Counted from the first letter of the whole stretch, positions 1 to 13,880 are shown. The stretch: DNA of 63,984 nucleotides, filler included, from Octopus bimaculoides (GCF_001194135.2; 7 parts of 7 records of this genome joined end to end with filler, not necessarily neighbours in it); one strand, 5' to 3'. The notes: generated by a model not told the origin, from the sequence alone. A program made the numbers and translations.

Positions 1-834
1 ATATATATATATATACATACATGCACACATATATGTTTATAATTATATTCTATATCCTATTTTTAGTCATGTCAAGAAAGCCATGAAGAGTAGTTATGAA
101 ACAGCACCCAATTTTCTCTCTTTTGAGATCTTGATGCCTGTTTTTTTGTTGTTGTTGGTTCCTTATAGAATTTTCAGTTCTAACAGACCTAGTCCTTAAG
201 TAACTCACCAAAATGGCTCCATCGTGTTCAGTGTAGACATATGAGTACCCTTCATCTTTAAAGGGTTAAATAATTGTTTCTGCATCTAACTGTAGAGAAG
301 AAAGATCTAATTACAGCTTTGAATATCACATCAGTTTGTCTCATTACTGTTTAATGAGCTAACCAGCCAACCAGCCAGCCAACCAGCCAGCCAACCAGCC
401 AGCCAACCAACCAACAAACCTGTCAACCTGCCAACAAAGCAATTATGTTCCAAACAGGCACAAGGCCAGAAATTCATAGGGTGGAAGGGGGTAATTGATC
501 ACATTTGTCTCAGTACTTGGTTTGTTCTTTATTTTATGGACCCCCACCAAAAGGTGAAAGGCACCAAGATTTGATCTCTGAACACAGACTATCAGAACAA
601 ATACTGTTAGGCATTTTCCCCATCATCGTTGTCTGTCTTCCATCCTGGCATGGATGGAATGGTTTCACAGGATCCAATGAATCAGGGGACTGAACTGGGT
701 TCCAAGAAGAGGAGAGGTGGAAAATCACCCTCGACAAGATCTGTCTAACCCATACCAGCATGAACAAACAGACATAAAAAATAAATGAAAAATAAGGAAC
801 AATGATGATGATCATCGTGGTCATGGTGATGATC

Positions 835-1100
835 ATCATCATTTAACATCTGTTTTCCATGCTGGCATGGGTTGGATGGTTTGACAGGAACTGGTTAGCC
901 AGAAGACTGCACCAGGCTTCAATTGTCTATTTTGGTATGGTTTTAATGGTTGGATGCCCTCCCTAGCACCAACCTCCTTATAGAGTGGACTGTGTGTTTT
1001 CTTATGTAGCACCAAGTCTGTTTTGTTATAGATTTTAATGCCAACCACTTTACAGTGTGGACTGGGCACTTTTTACACGGCACAAACAATGGCAGGATCA
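835..1100 (-). mobile_element. RTE-tailed non-autonomous retroelement (CephSINE-like 3' module)
   Basis: catcatcatttaacatctgttttccatgctggcatgggttggatgg is the reverse complement of a 3' end with a (GAT)n tail; more than 12 copies in the window. Boundaries approximate. Confidence 0.65.
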
Positions 1101-1639
1101 CCAAGTGATTCACAAGACAAAAATCCTTTGGGGAAGGGCGGCGTTGGAAGGGCTAGAGTGTAACAGAGTGACAGAAGCAGGTGTCTTGCCATAGCAGGGA
1201 TACTTGGTTACCCAGTCAGAGAGAGAGAGAGAGGGCAAGAGAGAGAAAGAGAGTGACAGTGCAAGAGAGAGGAGGGTGAGAGAGAGAGAGATGGTGGCGA
1301 AGTGCCAGGGTATACCCTTAAGAGATCAGAATACAAATTGGATGGTAGAGTATAGCCAAGGGTGCATGAGTGGAGTCTTCACATGAATGCAAACAAATCC
1401 AGAGTGTGGGGATGCTGTGACTGGTGAAACCTGGGTGTATAGAGGAAATGGGGGAATACAGAATAGTAATGATACAGTGGGCAAGGCAGTGAGGACAGGA
1501 TTGGATAGCAAGAAACAAGCATAAGCATAGTGCATGGAAAAAAAGAAATGTGAGGAAGAGATGTAGTTTGGTTTGCTGGGGTAGAGGTGTGAAAAAGTTG
1601 TTTATTGCTGCATGTGGGTGAAACTCAGCTTCCGGAACT

Positions 1640-2300
1640 CAGTTTTGCTGAAGTGGGCGGGTCTTCTCTTATATTGTCACACATCTCAGTCCATAGTCAT
1701 CGTCTCCATGAGGCCCAATATCAAGCCTCACTACCTCATCCCACCTCTTCGACTGGTGCCATCCACTTCAAGCAATCAACACTTCTTTATACAGCTGTCT
1801 TCATTCATACGCATCACATTTCCAAACCAACGTTGTCTTCTCTCTTGCATGCTACATGTGATTCCTCTTACACCCAACTTTTCTCTCAACACATTTGCAC
1901 TTTGTCATACATGCACACTGATGTTGCACACCCAACAGAGCATACTAGCTTCATCCCTCTGAATTCAGGGCCCAGGTCTCACTACCATGGTGTATAGCTG
2001 TCCCTACACAATCATCATACAATCTGCCTTTCACTCTGAGAGAAAGACAGTCTTGTGCTACCAACAAAGGTAATAGATCCATCCTATTCATATTCTAGGA
2101 ACAACACTTTCAAAAACATCCTCCTCTATTGCTAATTTGGTCACCTAGGTAACAGAAACTATCCACAACTTCAGGAGAGCCTCCTGGGTATTTCAGAGAG
2201 TCTAATTTCTGTGTGTCCATAGTGCTTACTGTTCTTGCACATCGTCCACATACAAAGACGACTTCTTCTGTTAATCTACCTGCACCTCTTATGTGTCTTT
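1640..2300 (-). mobile_element. RTE-clade LINE, degenerate ORF2 C-terminal fragment
   Basis: Minus-strand translation EASMLCWVCNISVHV*QSANVLREKLGVRGITCSMQERRQRWFGNVMRMNEDSCIKKC*LLEVDG resembles the RTE post-RT RW(F/L)GHV region; internal stops. A similar piece lies at 12680-12830 (+). Confidence 0.75.
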
Positions 2301-2679
2301 ACCTGTATATAAGAATTATATAACACAAAGGTGGTATAGGAGCTTTTAAATGCACATTATGAGGTTATTAGCCAGGTTGTATAGTCTTCTGATCAGGAGG
2401 AATGTTGCACTGCTCCCCTAGCCAGCAAGGTAGTTTCATCTGAATGCTAAAATAGTGCAAAGCACATTGTGATCAGCGATGTATAACAACATTTCTTGCA
2501 TGACAGTGCTGCACAGTTAAGTTGAATCTGATGCCAGGTGGTCTCAGATACTTGATCACACAAACTTCTTAATTAAGCTTCCACACCTGTGCCTATAACT
2601 ACATCTATCTATCTATCTGTCTGTCTGTAGGTGTGTGAGTGTGTGTATGTGTGTATGTGCATGTGTGTGTGTGCATATC

Positions 2680-3020
2680 AAGTATGGCTGTGTGGTAAGA
2701 AGTTTGCTTCCCAACTACATGGTTCTGGGTTCAGTCCCACTGTGTGGAACCTTGGGTAAGTGTCTTCTACTATAGCCCCCGTCCAACGAAAGCCTTGTGA
2801 ATGGATTTGGTAGACAGAAACTTAAAAGAAGCCCATCATATATTTATATATGTGTGTATATATATATATGTATGTATGTGTGCCTCTGTATCTGCGTTTG
2901 TCTCCCCCTGGTGCTTATTCTTACAAAGAATAAGTCCTGGGGTCGATTTGTTCCACTAAAGGCTGTTCTCCAGTATGGCCACAGTCAAATGACGGAAACA
3001 TGTAAAAGAATAAAAGAATA
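2680..3020 (+). mobile_element. tRNA-derived CORE-SINE (octopus OR-type), two halves joined by a TA/TG microsatellite
   Basis: A-box-like tggctgtgtggtaag, B-box-like gggttcagtccc, CORE-like ccttgggtaagtgtctt (compare MIR CCTTGGGCAAGTCACTT); 3' tail ccacagtcaaatgacggaaac...aaaagaataaaagaata. Confidence 0.75.
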
Positions 3021-3086
3021 TAAACATATGTGTGTGTGTGTCTGTGTGTGTGTGTGTGAGAGAGAGTGTGTGTGTTTGTGCGTGTG

Positions 3087-3137
<51 letters not shown>

Positions 3138-3469
3138 ATGTATATATCATCATCATCATCATCATTGTCGTTTAACATCTGCTTTCCATGCTGACATGGG
3201 TTGGACGGCTTGACTGAGGTCTGGAGAGCCAGAAGGCTGCACCAGGCTCCGGTCTGATCTGGCAATATTTCTACAGCTGGATGTCCTTCCTAATGCCAAC
3301 CACTCATTTGGTGAATGATGGAGTCTGGTGCTGCTGCCCTCATCTGTGTTTCCTGCCATGAGGTAGCTTCATCTGGAATCCTTGACAGGAGGAGATCCAG
3401 TTTAGTTTTGAAGACACCTGCAGCCACCCATTGTAAGTCTCTCAGACATTTTGGGGAGGATATTGTGGG

Positions 3470-3895
3470 TCACACACACACACACGCATGCACACACACA
3501 CACACACAACACACACATGCATGCACACACATGCATGCACACACAGAAGCACACGTGCATGCACATGCATACACACACACACACACACCTGCATGTACAC
3601 ATACACACACACACACAACACACACATGCATGCACACACACAAGCACACACACACACCTGCATGCACACACAAGCACACACACACATGCATGCACACACA
3701 TACACACGTATGCACACATGCACACACATGCACCTACATGCACACACACACATGCACATGCATGCACACACACAAGCACACACACACATACACACGTATG
3801 CACACACGCACACACACACACACATAAACACACATACTCACATATGCACACACAGAGACACACACACACACACACACACACACATACTCACACAG
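3470..3895. repeat. Compound (CA)n/(CATG) microsatellite
   Basis: Directly visible; generates the His/Thr and Cys/Val pseudo-ORFs. Confidence 0.95.
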
Positions 3896-5074
3896 GTTTA
3901 CAGGTAAACGTATACGAGTGTGTGTGTGCATAAACAAATACTATCACAGACACAATTCATACTCAAACACAAACCTATACAAGCGCATAATTAAGACTCC
4001 CTTAAACCTGCCCCCAAGCCCCTACCTTCTGCAGACACCCACACAGATAAGTACCGAATACCAAGTACCGTTAACAGAAAATCTGGCAATATAATTTATG
4101 TCTCAGGTAACAGACTAATTCAAGCTTCTAATTTCATGAAATGAGAGACTTTGTCTCTTTCACTTCATCTTCTTTTAAACTATTAGAATTGGTTGAATGA
4201 AATGGAGAAGACAATTCGGTGTGTGGGTGCAGTTATGTGTATGTGTGCGTATGTGTGTATGTGTGTATGTGTGTCTGTGTGTCCTTGGATTGACATCACA
4301 TGATTGTTGTAAATGAGCACTCCTGTCGTACAGGTGGTGTTGTTTGTTTCCAGTCTTTTATGAGAAACATGTCTGGCCGTAGGGAAATATTATGCTGTTT
4401 AGAAAGAGGTGAGTGTTGGTGCCAGGAAGGGCATCCAGCCATAGAAAATCTGCCTCAACAAATTCCATCTGACCCATGCAAGCATGGAGAAGGAGACATT
4501 AACCATTGAGCATTTAAACTGGCCATATTTGGCCAAAATATTCTATCGGTTTTATGTTCAAGCTGGCCAGATCTAGCCTCTCACACTTGCCTTACAATAT
4601 TATTTTAAAAATAAGCCATCACATCATCATCATCATCATTTAACATCCGTTTTCTGTGTTGCCATGAGTTGGACAGTTTGCCACGAGCTGGTCAACCAGG
4701 TACCAACTGTCTGTTTTGGCATGGGTTCTGTGGCTGGATGTCCTTCTTAATGCCAACCACTTTACAGAGTGTACTGGGTGCTTTTTATGTGGCACTGGCA
4801 CAGGTATTTTTTACGTAACCCCAAAGCGGCACTGGCACAAGTACTTCTTACATGGTGCCATACATTACTGAAATCTCAAAGCTACAAGGTAATGCATAAT
4901 GAACTCCAAATGAATGTGAATAAATAAGACGTTTGACGGAGTAATCTGAACATGAAAGGGTTAAACAATGATGACGACGATGATGATGATGATACATGCG
5001 TAACCTTAGTTACATACAAACAACTGTATGTGCTTAAACAAGCACTGTCACAATTTCCATTCATATTCAAACAC

Positions 5075-5580
5075 GACAGACACACACACAGACACACACA
5101 CAAATTACCCAACAGATTGACATCCTCACACACGCACACATGCACACACACATACATGCACACACACATACACACACACACATGAACACACACACACGTA
5201 CACATACATGCACACACACACACACACACACAAATTACCCAACAGAAAGACACTTCCCTCTCTCTCTCTCTCTCTCTCTTTCTCACACACACACACAAAT
5301 TACCCACCAAATTGACACCCTCACACACACACAAATTACCCAACAGAATGACACTTCCCTCTCTCTCTCTCTCTCTCTCCCTCTCATACACACACAAATT
5401 ACCCAACAGATTGACACTCTCTCTCTCTCACTCACACACACACACACACACACATAAATTGCCCACTAGATTGACACCCTCTCACACACATACATGCACA
5501 CACCCTCTCTCTCTATCACACACACACACATGCACACACCCTCTCTCTCTATCACACACGCACACATTCACACCCATTTA
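5075..5580. repeat. Complex minisatellite: acacaaattacccaacagattgacac unit interleaved with (CA)n and (CT)n
   Basis: About 6 copies of the caaattaccc...agattgaca core with variable dinucleotide spacers. Confidence 0.85.
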
Positions 5581-5759
5581 CCAAGCGTCTTTAACTTAAA
5601 ATCTCATAATGTGATTTACGTCTCAGGTAACATCGCTAATTTATGCTTCTAATTTCATGAAACGAGAAACTTTGTGATGTCACAAGCAATTTGTTATTTC
5701 ATGTTTGTTTACCTGTTTCACCTTATTTTTAGTAGAAGTAGAGTAAGTCCCCTGGATAT

Positions 5760-6018
5760 TATTGTCTTGAGCCCAAGGACTCACTGGGCCAGTTGCCCAG
5801 GTCCCGTAGTGTGCAAGTAATCAAGGTCATCACCCACCCACTACCCTGAATGAATACCGATCTGTTGCAGGGTTATTCGTTTATGGTCGAGTAGACTTTA
5901 GAAGCATGAAATTAAGTGTTTTGCTCAAAAACACAACTTGCCGCCCAGTCCAGAAGTTGAAACCACGATCTTGCAATCACGAGTGCAGGATTTTAACCAC
6001 TCAGCCACGCACCTTCAC
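5760..6018 (-). mobile_element. tRNA-derived SINE with a V-domain-like body
   Basis: Minus strand reads gtgaaggtgcgtggctgagtggtta...gtggtttcaacttc (A/B-box-like), then taaccctgcaacagatcggtattcattcaggg, resembling the V-SINE motif AACCCTGCGATGGACTGGC.TCCCAT.CAGGG. Confidence 0.55.
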
Positions 6019-6030
6019 ACTCATATGCCT

Positions 6031-6033
6031 CAT

Positions 6034-6102
<69 letters not shown>

Positions 6103-6129
6103 AATCATCATCATCATCATCATCATCAT

Positions 6130-6198
<69 letters not shown>

Positions 6199-6239
6199 CA
6201 TCATCATCATCATCATCATCATCAACATCATCATCATCG

Positions 6240-6270
<31 letters not shown>
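6031..6270. repeat. (CAT)n microsatellite, about 80 units, expanded tail of an RTE-tailed element (6265-6330, -)
   Basis: Directly visible; abuts tttagcatccgttgtccatgctgac. Explains the poly-His/Ile/Asp/Met ORFs. Confidence 0.95.
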
Positions 6271-6799
6271 TTAGCATCCGTTGTCCATGCTGACAAAGGC
6301 TGGACGGTTTGACCAGGGCTGACATTCTGGAAGGTTGTTTGTCATCTGAAATGTTCGTAAACCGAAAGCATATTCCCAAAAGAAATTCTAGAGAAGGCAC
6401 AGTGAATTCAAGCAAGAATGTGCTCTGAGTGATAGATGGACAGTAACTAATGCTTGCCATTTGATAATCTCAGATTGTCACCAACCGATGTTGCTGGCTT
6501 GTGTGTTTGTTATTTGAGACACCATTCATCACCTGAAACATTTTATGTTTGAATAATTGTTTGTAAACTGATTCGTTCATGATGAGAGGTGTTTGTAAAC
6601 CAAGGTTCCACTATGTGTGTATATATGCATGTATGTATGTATGTATGTATGTATGTATGTATGTATTTATGTATGTATTTATGTATGTATGTATTGCATT
6701 GTATGTATGTCTGTGTGTGTTTGTGCATGCATGCATGTGTGTGACTGTGCATGCATGTGTGTATATAATAATGCAAGTATGTATGTGAGTGTGTGTGTA

Positions 6800-6843
<44 letters not shown>

Positions 6844-7695
6844 AATTTCTTATCTCAAGATAATTTGTGCAGTATTGTCTTTCTGTGTTCAGGTTTGTAC
6901 GGGCATATTGGATGTGTACATAACTAAAATTCATTTAACACTGCTTAGGGCACAACTTAGAAATACACACATACACATACACACACAAATGCACATCCTC
7001 ATATATATGTGCATGAATATATCATAGCAGCTCAAAGATAAAGACAATCAGATATTGAATATAGANNNNNNNNNNNNNNNNNNNNNNNNNNNNNNNNNNN
7101 NNNNNNNNNNNNNNNNNNNNNNNNNNNNNNNNNNNNNNNNNNNNNNNNNNNNNNNNNNNNNNNNNNNNNNNNNNNNNNNNNNNNNNNNNNNNNNNNNNNN
7201 NNNNNNNNNNNNNNNNNNNNNNNNNNNNNNNNNNNNNNNNNNNNNNNNNNNNNNNNNNNNNNNNNNNNNNNNNNNNNNNNNNNNNNNNNNNNNNNNNNNN
7301 NNNNNNNNNNNNNNNNNNNNNNNNNNNNNNNNNNNNNNNNNNNNNNNNNNNNNNNNNNNNNNNNNNNNNNNNNNNNNNNNNNNNNNNNNNNNNNNNNNNN
7401 NNNNNNNNNNNNNNNNNNNNNNNNNNNNNNNNNNNNNNNNNNNNNNNNNNNNNNNNNNNNNNNNNNNNNNNNNNNNNNNNNNNNNNNNNNNNNNNNNNNN
7501 NNNNNNNNNNNNNNNNNNNNNNNNNNNNNNNNNNNNNNNNNNNNNNNNNNNNNNNNNNNNNNNNNNNNNNNNNNNNNNNNNNNNNNNNNNNNNNNNNNNN
7601 NNNNNNNNNNNNNNNNNNNNNNNNNNNNNNNNNNNNNNNNNNNNNNNNNNNNNNNNNNNNNNNNNNNNNNNNNNNNNNNNNNNNNNNNNNNNNNN

Positions 7696-7750
<55 letters not shown>

Positions 7751-8001
7751 AATATACATACACGAAGACATTGTTATATACATATACACATGTATATGTT
7801 GTCATGGGAACAGGCAAAGCTACAGGGGTACATATCATGGGTATACTTATATATACACAAATACAAGCATATGTTCATGCAAGCACACATACATATGTAC
7901 ACACACAAACACACACATACATATACATGCATGCATACAAACACACATATGCTACATACATGCATACATATACATATATATATATATACATATATACATG
8001 T

Positions 8002-8032
<31 letters not shown>

Positions 8033-8427
8033 TACTTATATATAGCTGTAGAAACATTGTCAGATCAGATTGGAACTTGCTGCAGCCACTGGCTCTCCAG
8101 ACCTCAGTCAAACTGTCCAACCCATGCCAGCATGGAAAACGGACGTTAAACGACGACGATGATGATAATGATATATATATATAATATGTGTAAAAACGTT
8201 GAATTACAATTTGGAGGGTTCTAAAAAAAATGCAATTTCTAATAAAGATTCTTCATATCTTGCTGGTAGCTTACTGGCATAAGTTTGTGAATATGAAAAT
8301 AATGCTTATATATGGTGTGTTATATTAATTTATGGAAAGGAATCCCATAAAACTCAACAATTTTATTAAAAATGAAGATGTTAAAATTTAAGAGAATTTA
8401 TATATATATATATATATATACACACAC

Positions 8428-8590
8428 AGGCGCAGGAATGACAATGTGGTAAGAAACTTGCTTCCCAACCACACGGTTCTGAGTTTAGTCTCACTGCATG
8501 GCAACTTGGGCAAGTGTCTTCTACTATAGCTCAGGCGTACCAAAGCCTTGTGAGTGGATTTGATAGACAAAAACTGAAAGAAGCCTGTTA
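8428..8590 (+). mobile_element. CORE-SINE, 5' half
   Basis: ggcgcaggaatgacaatgtggtaagaaacttgcttcccaacc...cttgggcaagtgtcttctactatagc; same family as 2680-3020. Confidence 0.75.
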
Positions 8591-8624
8591 TATATATATC
8601 ATCATCATCATCATCATCCTCATC

Positions 8625-8990
8625 ATCATCGCTTAACATCTGTTTTCCATGCTGGTATGAGTTGGACGGTTCGACTGGGGTCTGGGAAGCCAGGAGGCTA
8701 CCTCAGGCTCCAGTCTGATATGGCAGTATTTCTACAGCTGGATGCCCTTCATAACACCAACTACTCTGAGAGTGTAGTGGGTGCTTTTTTACGTGCCACC
8801 GGCAGAGGGGCTAGAGGGGGCTGGCATCGACCACAATCGGATGGTGCTTTTAACGTGCCACTGGTACGGAAGCCAGTCAAGGCAGTGCTAGCATCGGCCA
8901 AATTCAGATGGTGCTTTATACCTGCCACTGGCACAGGGATCATGACTACAATTTCCATTTGATTGTGATTTCATTTGATTTTGATGTACT
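8625..8990 (-). mobile_element. RTE-tailed non-autonomous retroelement
   Basis: (CAT)n tail plus ttaacatctgttttccatgctgg, ctggatgcccttc motif and internal gtgccac repeats. Confidence 0.65.
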
Positions 8991-9136
8991 TGACTCAATA
9001 GGTCTCCTCAAGCACAACATGTCACCCAACGATCCAAAGATACATTTTTTAAGTAAGTCGATTATGTGACACTGGTGTAGGTTACAGCTTTGAACTCATT
9101 TTATTTGTCAGGTCTTCTTAGTCACAGCATATATAC

Positions 9137-9173
<37 letters not shown>

Positions 9174-10027
9174 NNNNNNNNNNNNNNNNNNNNNNNNNNN
9201 NNNNNNNNNNNNNNNNNNNNNNNNNNNNNNNNNNNNNNNNNNNNNNNNNNNNNNNNNNNNNNNNNNNNNNNNNNNNNNNNNNNNNNNNNNNNNNNNNNNN
9301 NNNNNNNNNNNNNNNNNNNNNNNNNNNNNNNNNNNNNNNNNNNNNNNNNNNNNNNNNNNNNNNNNNNNNNNNNNNNNNNNNNNNNNNNNNNNNNNNNNNN
9401 NNNNNNNNNNNNNNNNNNNNNNNNNNNNNNNNNNNNNNNNNNNNNNNNNNNNNNNNNNNNNNNNNNNNNNNNNNNNNNNNNNNNNNNNNNNNNNNNNNNN
9501 NNNNNNNNNNNNNNNNNNNNNNNNNNNNNNNNNNNNNNNNNNNNNNNNNNNNNNNNNNNNNNNNNNNNNNNNNNNNNNNNNNNNNNNNNNNNNNNNNNNN
9601 NNNNNNNNNNNNNNNNNNNNNNNNNNNNNNNNNNNNNNNNNNNNNNNNNNNNNNNNNNNNNNNNNNNNNNNNNNNNNNNNNNNNNNNNNNNNNNNNNNNN
9701 NNNNNNNNNNCCTTTTTGTTTGTTTATTTCACCGTTTCGTTTTCCTGTCTTGTTTCCCGTCCGCCACTACCCTCCACGAAAACAATTTAATTTGTGTTCG
9801 TGGGAAGAACCATTTTAACGATGCGTACTGCCTTAATTCTTCGAAACACCAGAGTTTTAATGGTGGCAGCTGATGAAGGGGATGTTTCTATGTGGCCTGC
9901 TTGTTTGTTGCACCTTGTTTACCATTTTTGTCCTTGTTCTTTTGCCACGTCATGTACCCAGTTATGTATCTATATGTACATGTGGATGAATGTATATACA
10001 TACATGTACATATATATGCATATACTC

Positions 10028-10058
<31 letters not shown>

Positions 10059-10499
10059 CATGCATATATGTATGAAACACTTGGGGGTGTATGGGGGAAT
10101 GACTAATATTGTTTAGTTAAAGAATGTATTTGCGTAGTGCATGTGTATATCAATATTAGTTATGTGTGGGTGTGTAAGTGTATAAACTCGACACATATAT
10201 ACATATACATGTACAATACATATATATGGGATGTGTATGTGCATGTGTGTGTGTATGTATACATGTATGTCTGTATGAGTATGGGTGTGTACATGCGTGC
10301 ATGCAAAACAAAAAAAAAAAACTCCAAGAAATAAAGAGAGGAACTCAGACATTCTGCAGATGCTCTGAAATCAAAGTTATTATGTTGACAGAGAGTCACA
10401 TAAAGACTAGATAACAATCACAGCCCTCCACCGCCGCCAACACCACTCCTACCGTCGCCACCACTGCCATCTCCAGACACTGTCATCATAACCATTACC

Positions 10500-10554
<55 letters not shown>

Positions 10555-10849
10555 GCAACAACAACAATGAGAAGATACAACACTGTCAATATGTTTTTCN
10601 NNNNNNNNNTAATCTTCCATCGGCACCACCACCACCATCCAGACTATTCTAACTACCATCCCTGACATCAGTGAAGCAAGTTCCCTCTCCGTTTCCCTGC
10701 TATCTGCTTACAAACAGAATACTAAATATATCTTTAAAACACAACACATGCTGGTTGTCTATGAACTGTCTGTCTATCTCTGTCTCTCTCTCTCTTTCTC
10801 TCTCAGGTTACCAAGCCTATGTAAAGTACAATGATATATTTCATCATCG

Positions 10850-10891
<42 letters not shown>

Positions 10892-11029
10892 ACAGCAGCA
10901 GTAGCATCCTCATCATTATTCAACATCCGGTCTTGGGTTGGACAGTTTGACAGGATTCCACAAGTCAGAGAATTGGTTGGAATTTCCAATGTCTGTTTTG
11001 GCCTATCTTCTCTATTTTTTTAAAAATTT

Positions 11030-11779
11030 TATTTGTGTCAGTCGTTCAGGCTGCGACCATGCTGGAGCACCACCATGAAGAATTTTTAGTCAATACGAAT
11101 CAACTCCTGTACTTTTATCTTTTAAAGCCTGCTACTGATTCTACTGGTCTCTTTTGCCCAACAATTAAGTAATGGGGATGTAAACACACCAACACTGGTT
11201 GTCAAGCGGTGGTGGGGAATAAACATAGACACAAACACACACACATCTACATTGGCGCAGGAGTGGCTGTGTGGTAAGTAGCTTGCTTCCCAACCACATG
11301 GTTCCGGGTTCAGTCCCACTGTGTTGCACCTTGAGCAAATGTCTACTACTATAGCCTCAGGCCGACCAAAACCCAGAGACATATATATATACATATACAA
11401 AAACTCACCTGTGAGCTTTTTGCTAAGACTGTTAACAGATACTATATATATTTTGTAAAATTTTGTTTTATAAAAGTATATATTTAATAATATATATATA
11501 TATATATATANNNNNNNNNNNNNNNNNNNNNNNNNNNNNNNNNNNNNNNNNNNNNNNNNNNNNNNNNNNNNNNNNNNNNNNNNNNNNNNNNNNNNNNNNN
11601 NNNNNNNNNNNNNNNNNNNNNNNNNNNNNNNNNNNNNNNNNNNNNNNNNNNNNNNNNNNNNNNNNNNNNNNNNNNNNNNNNTGTTTCGAGTGGAGCTCTT
11701 CGTCGGAAACAAGGAAAGTCCAAAGAAAGGAAAAACGGAGGAAGAAAAAATCGCCACCGATATCCACAAGGTTACATAT

Positions 11780-11827
<48 letters not shown>

Positions 11828-11848
11828 GATGATATATATATATATGTA

Positions 11849-11884
<36 letters not shown>

Positions 11885-12280
11885 TTTGTGTGTCTGTGTG
11901 TGTGTATGTGTCCCCATACCACCATTACTTGACAACCAATGTTGGTGTGTTTACGTCCTCGTAACTTAGCAGTTCAGCAAAAGAGACTGATAGGATAAGT
12001 ACTAGGCTTACAAAGAATAAGTCTTGGGGTCGATTTGTTTGACTAAAGGTGGTGCTCCAGCATGACTACTGTCAAATGACTGAAACAAGTAAAAGAAAAA
12101 ATATATATATATATATCACAGGCTTCGTTCAGTTTTCATCTACCAAATCCACCCAGAAGGTTTTGGTTGGCCCAGAGGCTACAATAGAAGACACTTGCTC
12201 AAGGTGCCATGCAGTGGGACTGAACCTGGTACCATGTGGTTGGGAAGTAGACTTCTTACTACACAGCCATGGCTTTACCT
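11030..12280. mobile_element. Nested, oppositely oriented pair of CORE-SINEs
   Basis: Minus copy: head 12110-12280, tail 11030-11240. Plus copy inside it: head 11250-11375, tail 11870-12100 (N gap between). Confidence 0.7.
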
Positions 12281-12982
12281 AAATGTACATCCAATAAATC
12301 AATGGATCAATGTTCAATGAACAGAACGGTCAAGCTGACCAAAGCCTCTTCAGTAAATTCAGTTGATGGAAAATGAAAGAAATTTGTCGTACATATACCA
12401 TCATCCTTATCATCATTTAACGCTTGCTTTCCATGTTGGCATGGGTTCGACAGTTTGACACAGAGCTGGCCACTTAAAAGCTGGTCAACCTGGGAGCTGG
12501 CTACCTGGGAATATGTATGTATGTCATTATTCAGTTTATTTCAAAATTTCTTGCCAATAAAGACCCAGTTTCTGAGAGCATAGTTGCTAGAATAAGAATA
12601 GGTTGGGTAAAGCTCAGAGAGCTTTTACCCATGTTGGTAACAAAGAACCTCTCCCTTGGAGTGTTCTACACATCAGTGAAAGATAGTCTGTGATTGCAGA
12701 GGACATGTGAAGGCTTGAAAGAAATGAAGCTGGTATGTTCCACTGGATGTGCAATGTCAGTGTACACATATGACAGAATGTAAGCATCTTGAGAGAAAAA
12801 TTGGGCAAAAGGGTTAGTGCTGTTTTCATTCTCAAAATACAGATGACTGCTTTATATCTATATATTCTTATGTGTATACATACATAATACATACATACAT
12901 ACATATATACATACATATATACATACACTGGTATACACCCTACCTGATGGATGTCCTGAATATTTTGTATAAAAGTATACTC

Positions 12983-13018
<36 letters not shown>

Positions 13019-13519
13019 GTGTACACAAGTGATACCCTCAGGGTGGAGCCAGTTTCATTTCATTTATAATAAAATACTTCTGTAACAGAATATCTTAATT
13101 TACTTTGACCAAATAATTATTAAATTTCTGGCCAGTCATCGTCATTGTCGTCATCAGTGTCAACACCACCACCACCACCACCACCACCATCACCGTCATT
13201 GTCATCAACACCATCGTACGAGGGGCAACTTAGAAAGTATACTTTTGTAATATCAGGAAATATGGCCTACATACAATAGTGATAACTTTTATCAAATTTC
13301 ACGGTGCTTATACAAAATAATGACATTTTCATATATCATGTACAGGATAATAAGTGAAAAGGGAAATGAGGAAGGCTTCTAACGATGCAAAGATGAAACA
13401 CAGGTGCTTTTTATGTGGCACCAGCATTCTGCTATAGAATTCTCTACCAACTCAATTATGTCCATTCCTCTGATAAAAACAGGGACCTTTTTCCCTTTTC
13501 ATCATCATCATCATCATCA

Positions 13520-13880
13520 TCATCAGTAGCAGCTGTTTAATGGCTGTTTTCCATGCTGGCATAGGTTAGACGGTCGGTTTGACTGAGGTCTGCAAAGCCA
13601 GCAGCTGCACCAGGCTCCAATCCGATCTGGCAATGTTTCTGAAGCTGGATGCCGATTCCTAACGCCAACAACTCCCAGAGTGTAGTGGGTGTCTTTTACA
13701 TGCCACTGGCACAGGAGCCAGTTAGGCAAGCCTGGCATCGATCATGTTCGGATAGTGCATTTTATGTGCCACCAGCACAAGAGCCAGTCAGGGAGTACTG
13801 TCATTGGCCACGTTCAGATGGTGCTTTTTACATGCCACCGGCATGGGAGCCAGTCAGGTGGCCTTGGCATTGATCACGTT
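13520..13880 (-). mobile_element. RTE-tailed non-autonomous retroelement
   Basis: Same family as 8625-8990, with about 3 internal subrepeats (ttttacatgccac...gagccagt). Confidence 0.65.

Noticed and set aside
3315-3937. His/Thr- and Cys/Val-rich ORFs (and all similar ORFs, including those spanning N runs)
   Set aside because: Translations of dinucleotide microsatellites or gaps; open in several frames at once.
5906-6460. Poly-His/Ile/Asp/Met ORFs
   Set aside because: Pure (CAT)n tail expansion of a retroelement.
13216-13420. TA|CGAGGGG start suggestive of a mariner TIR
   Set aside because: No partner end or transposase remnant identified; too weak to annotate.
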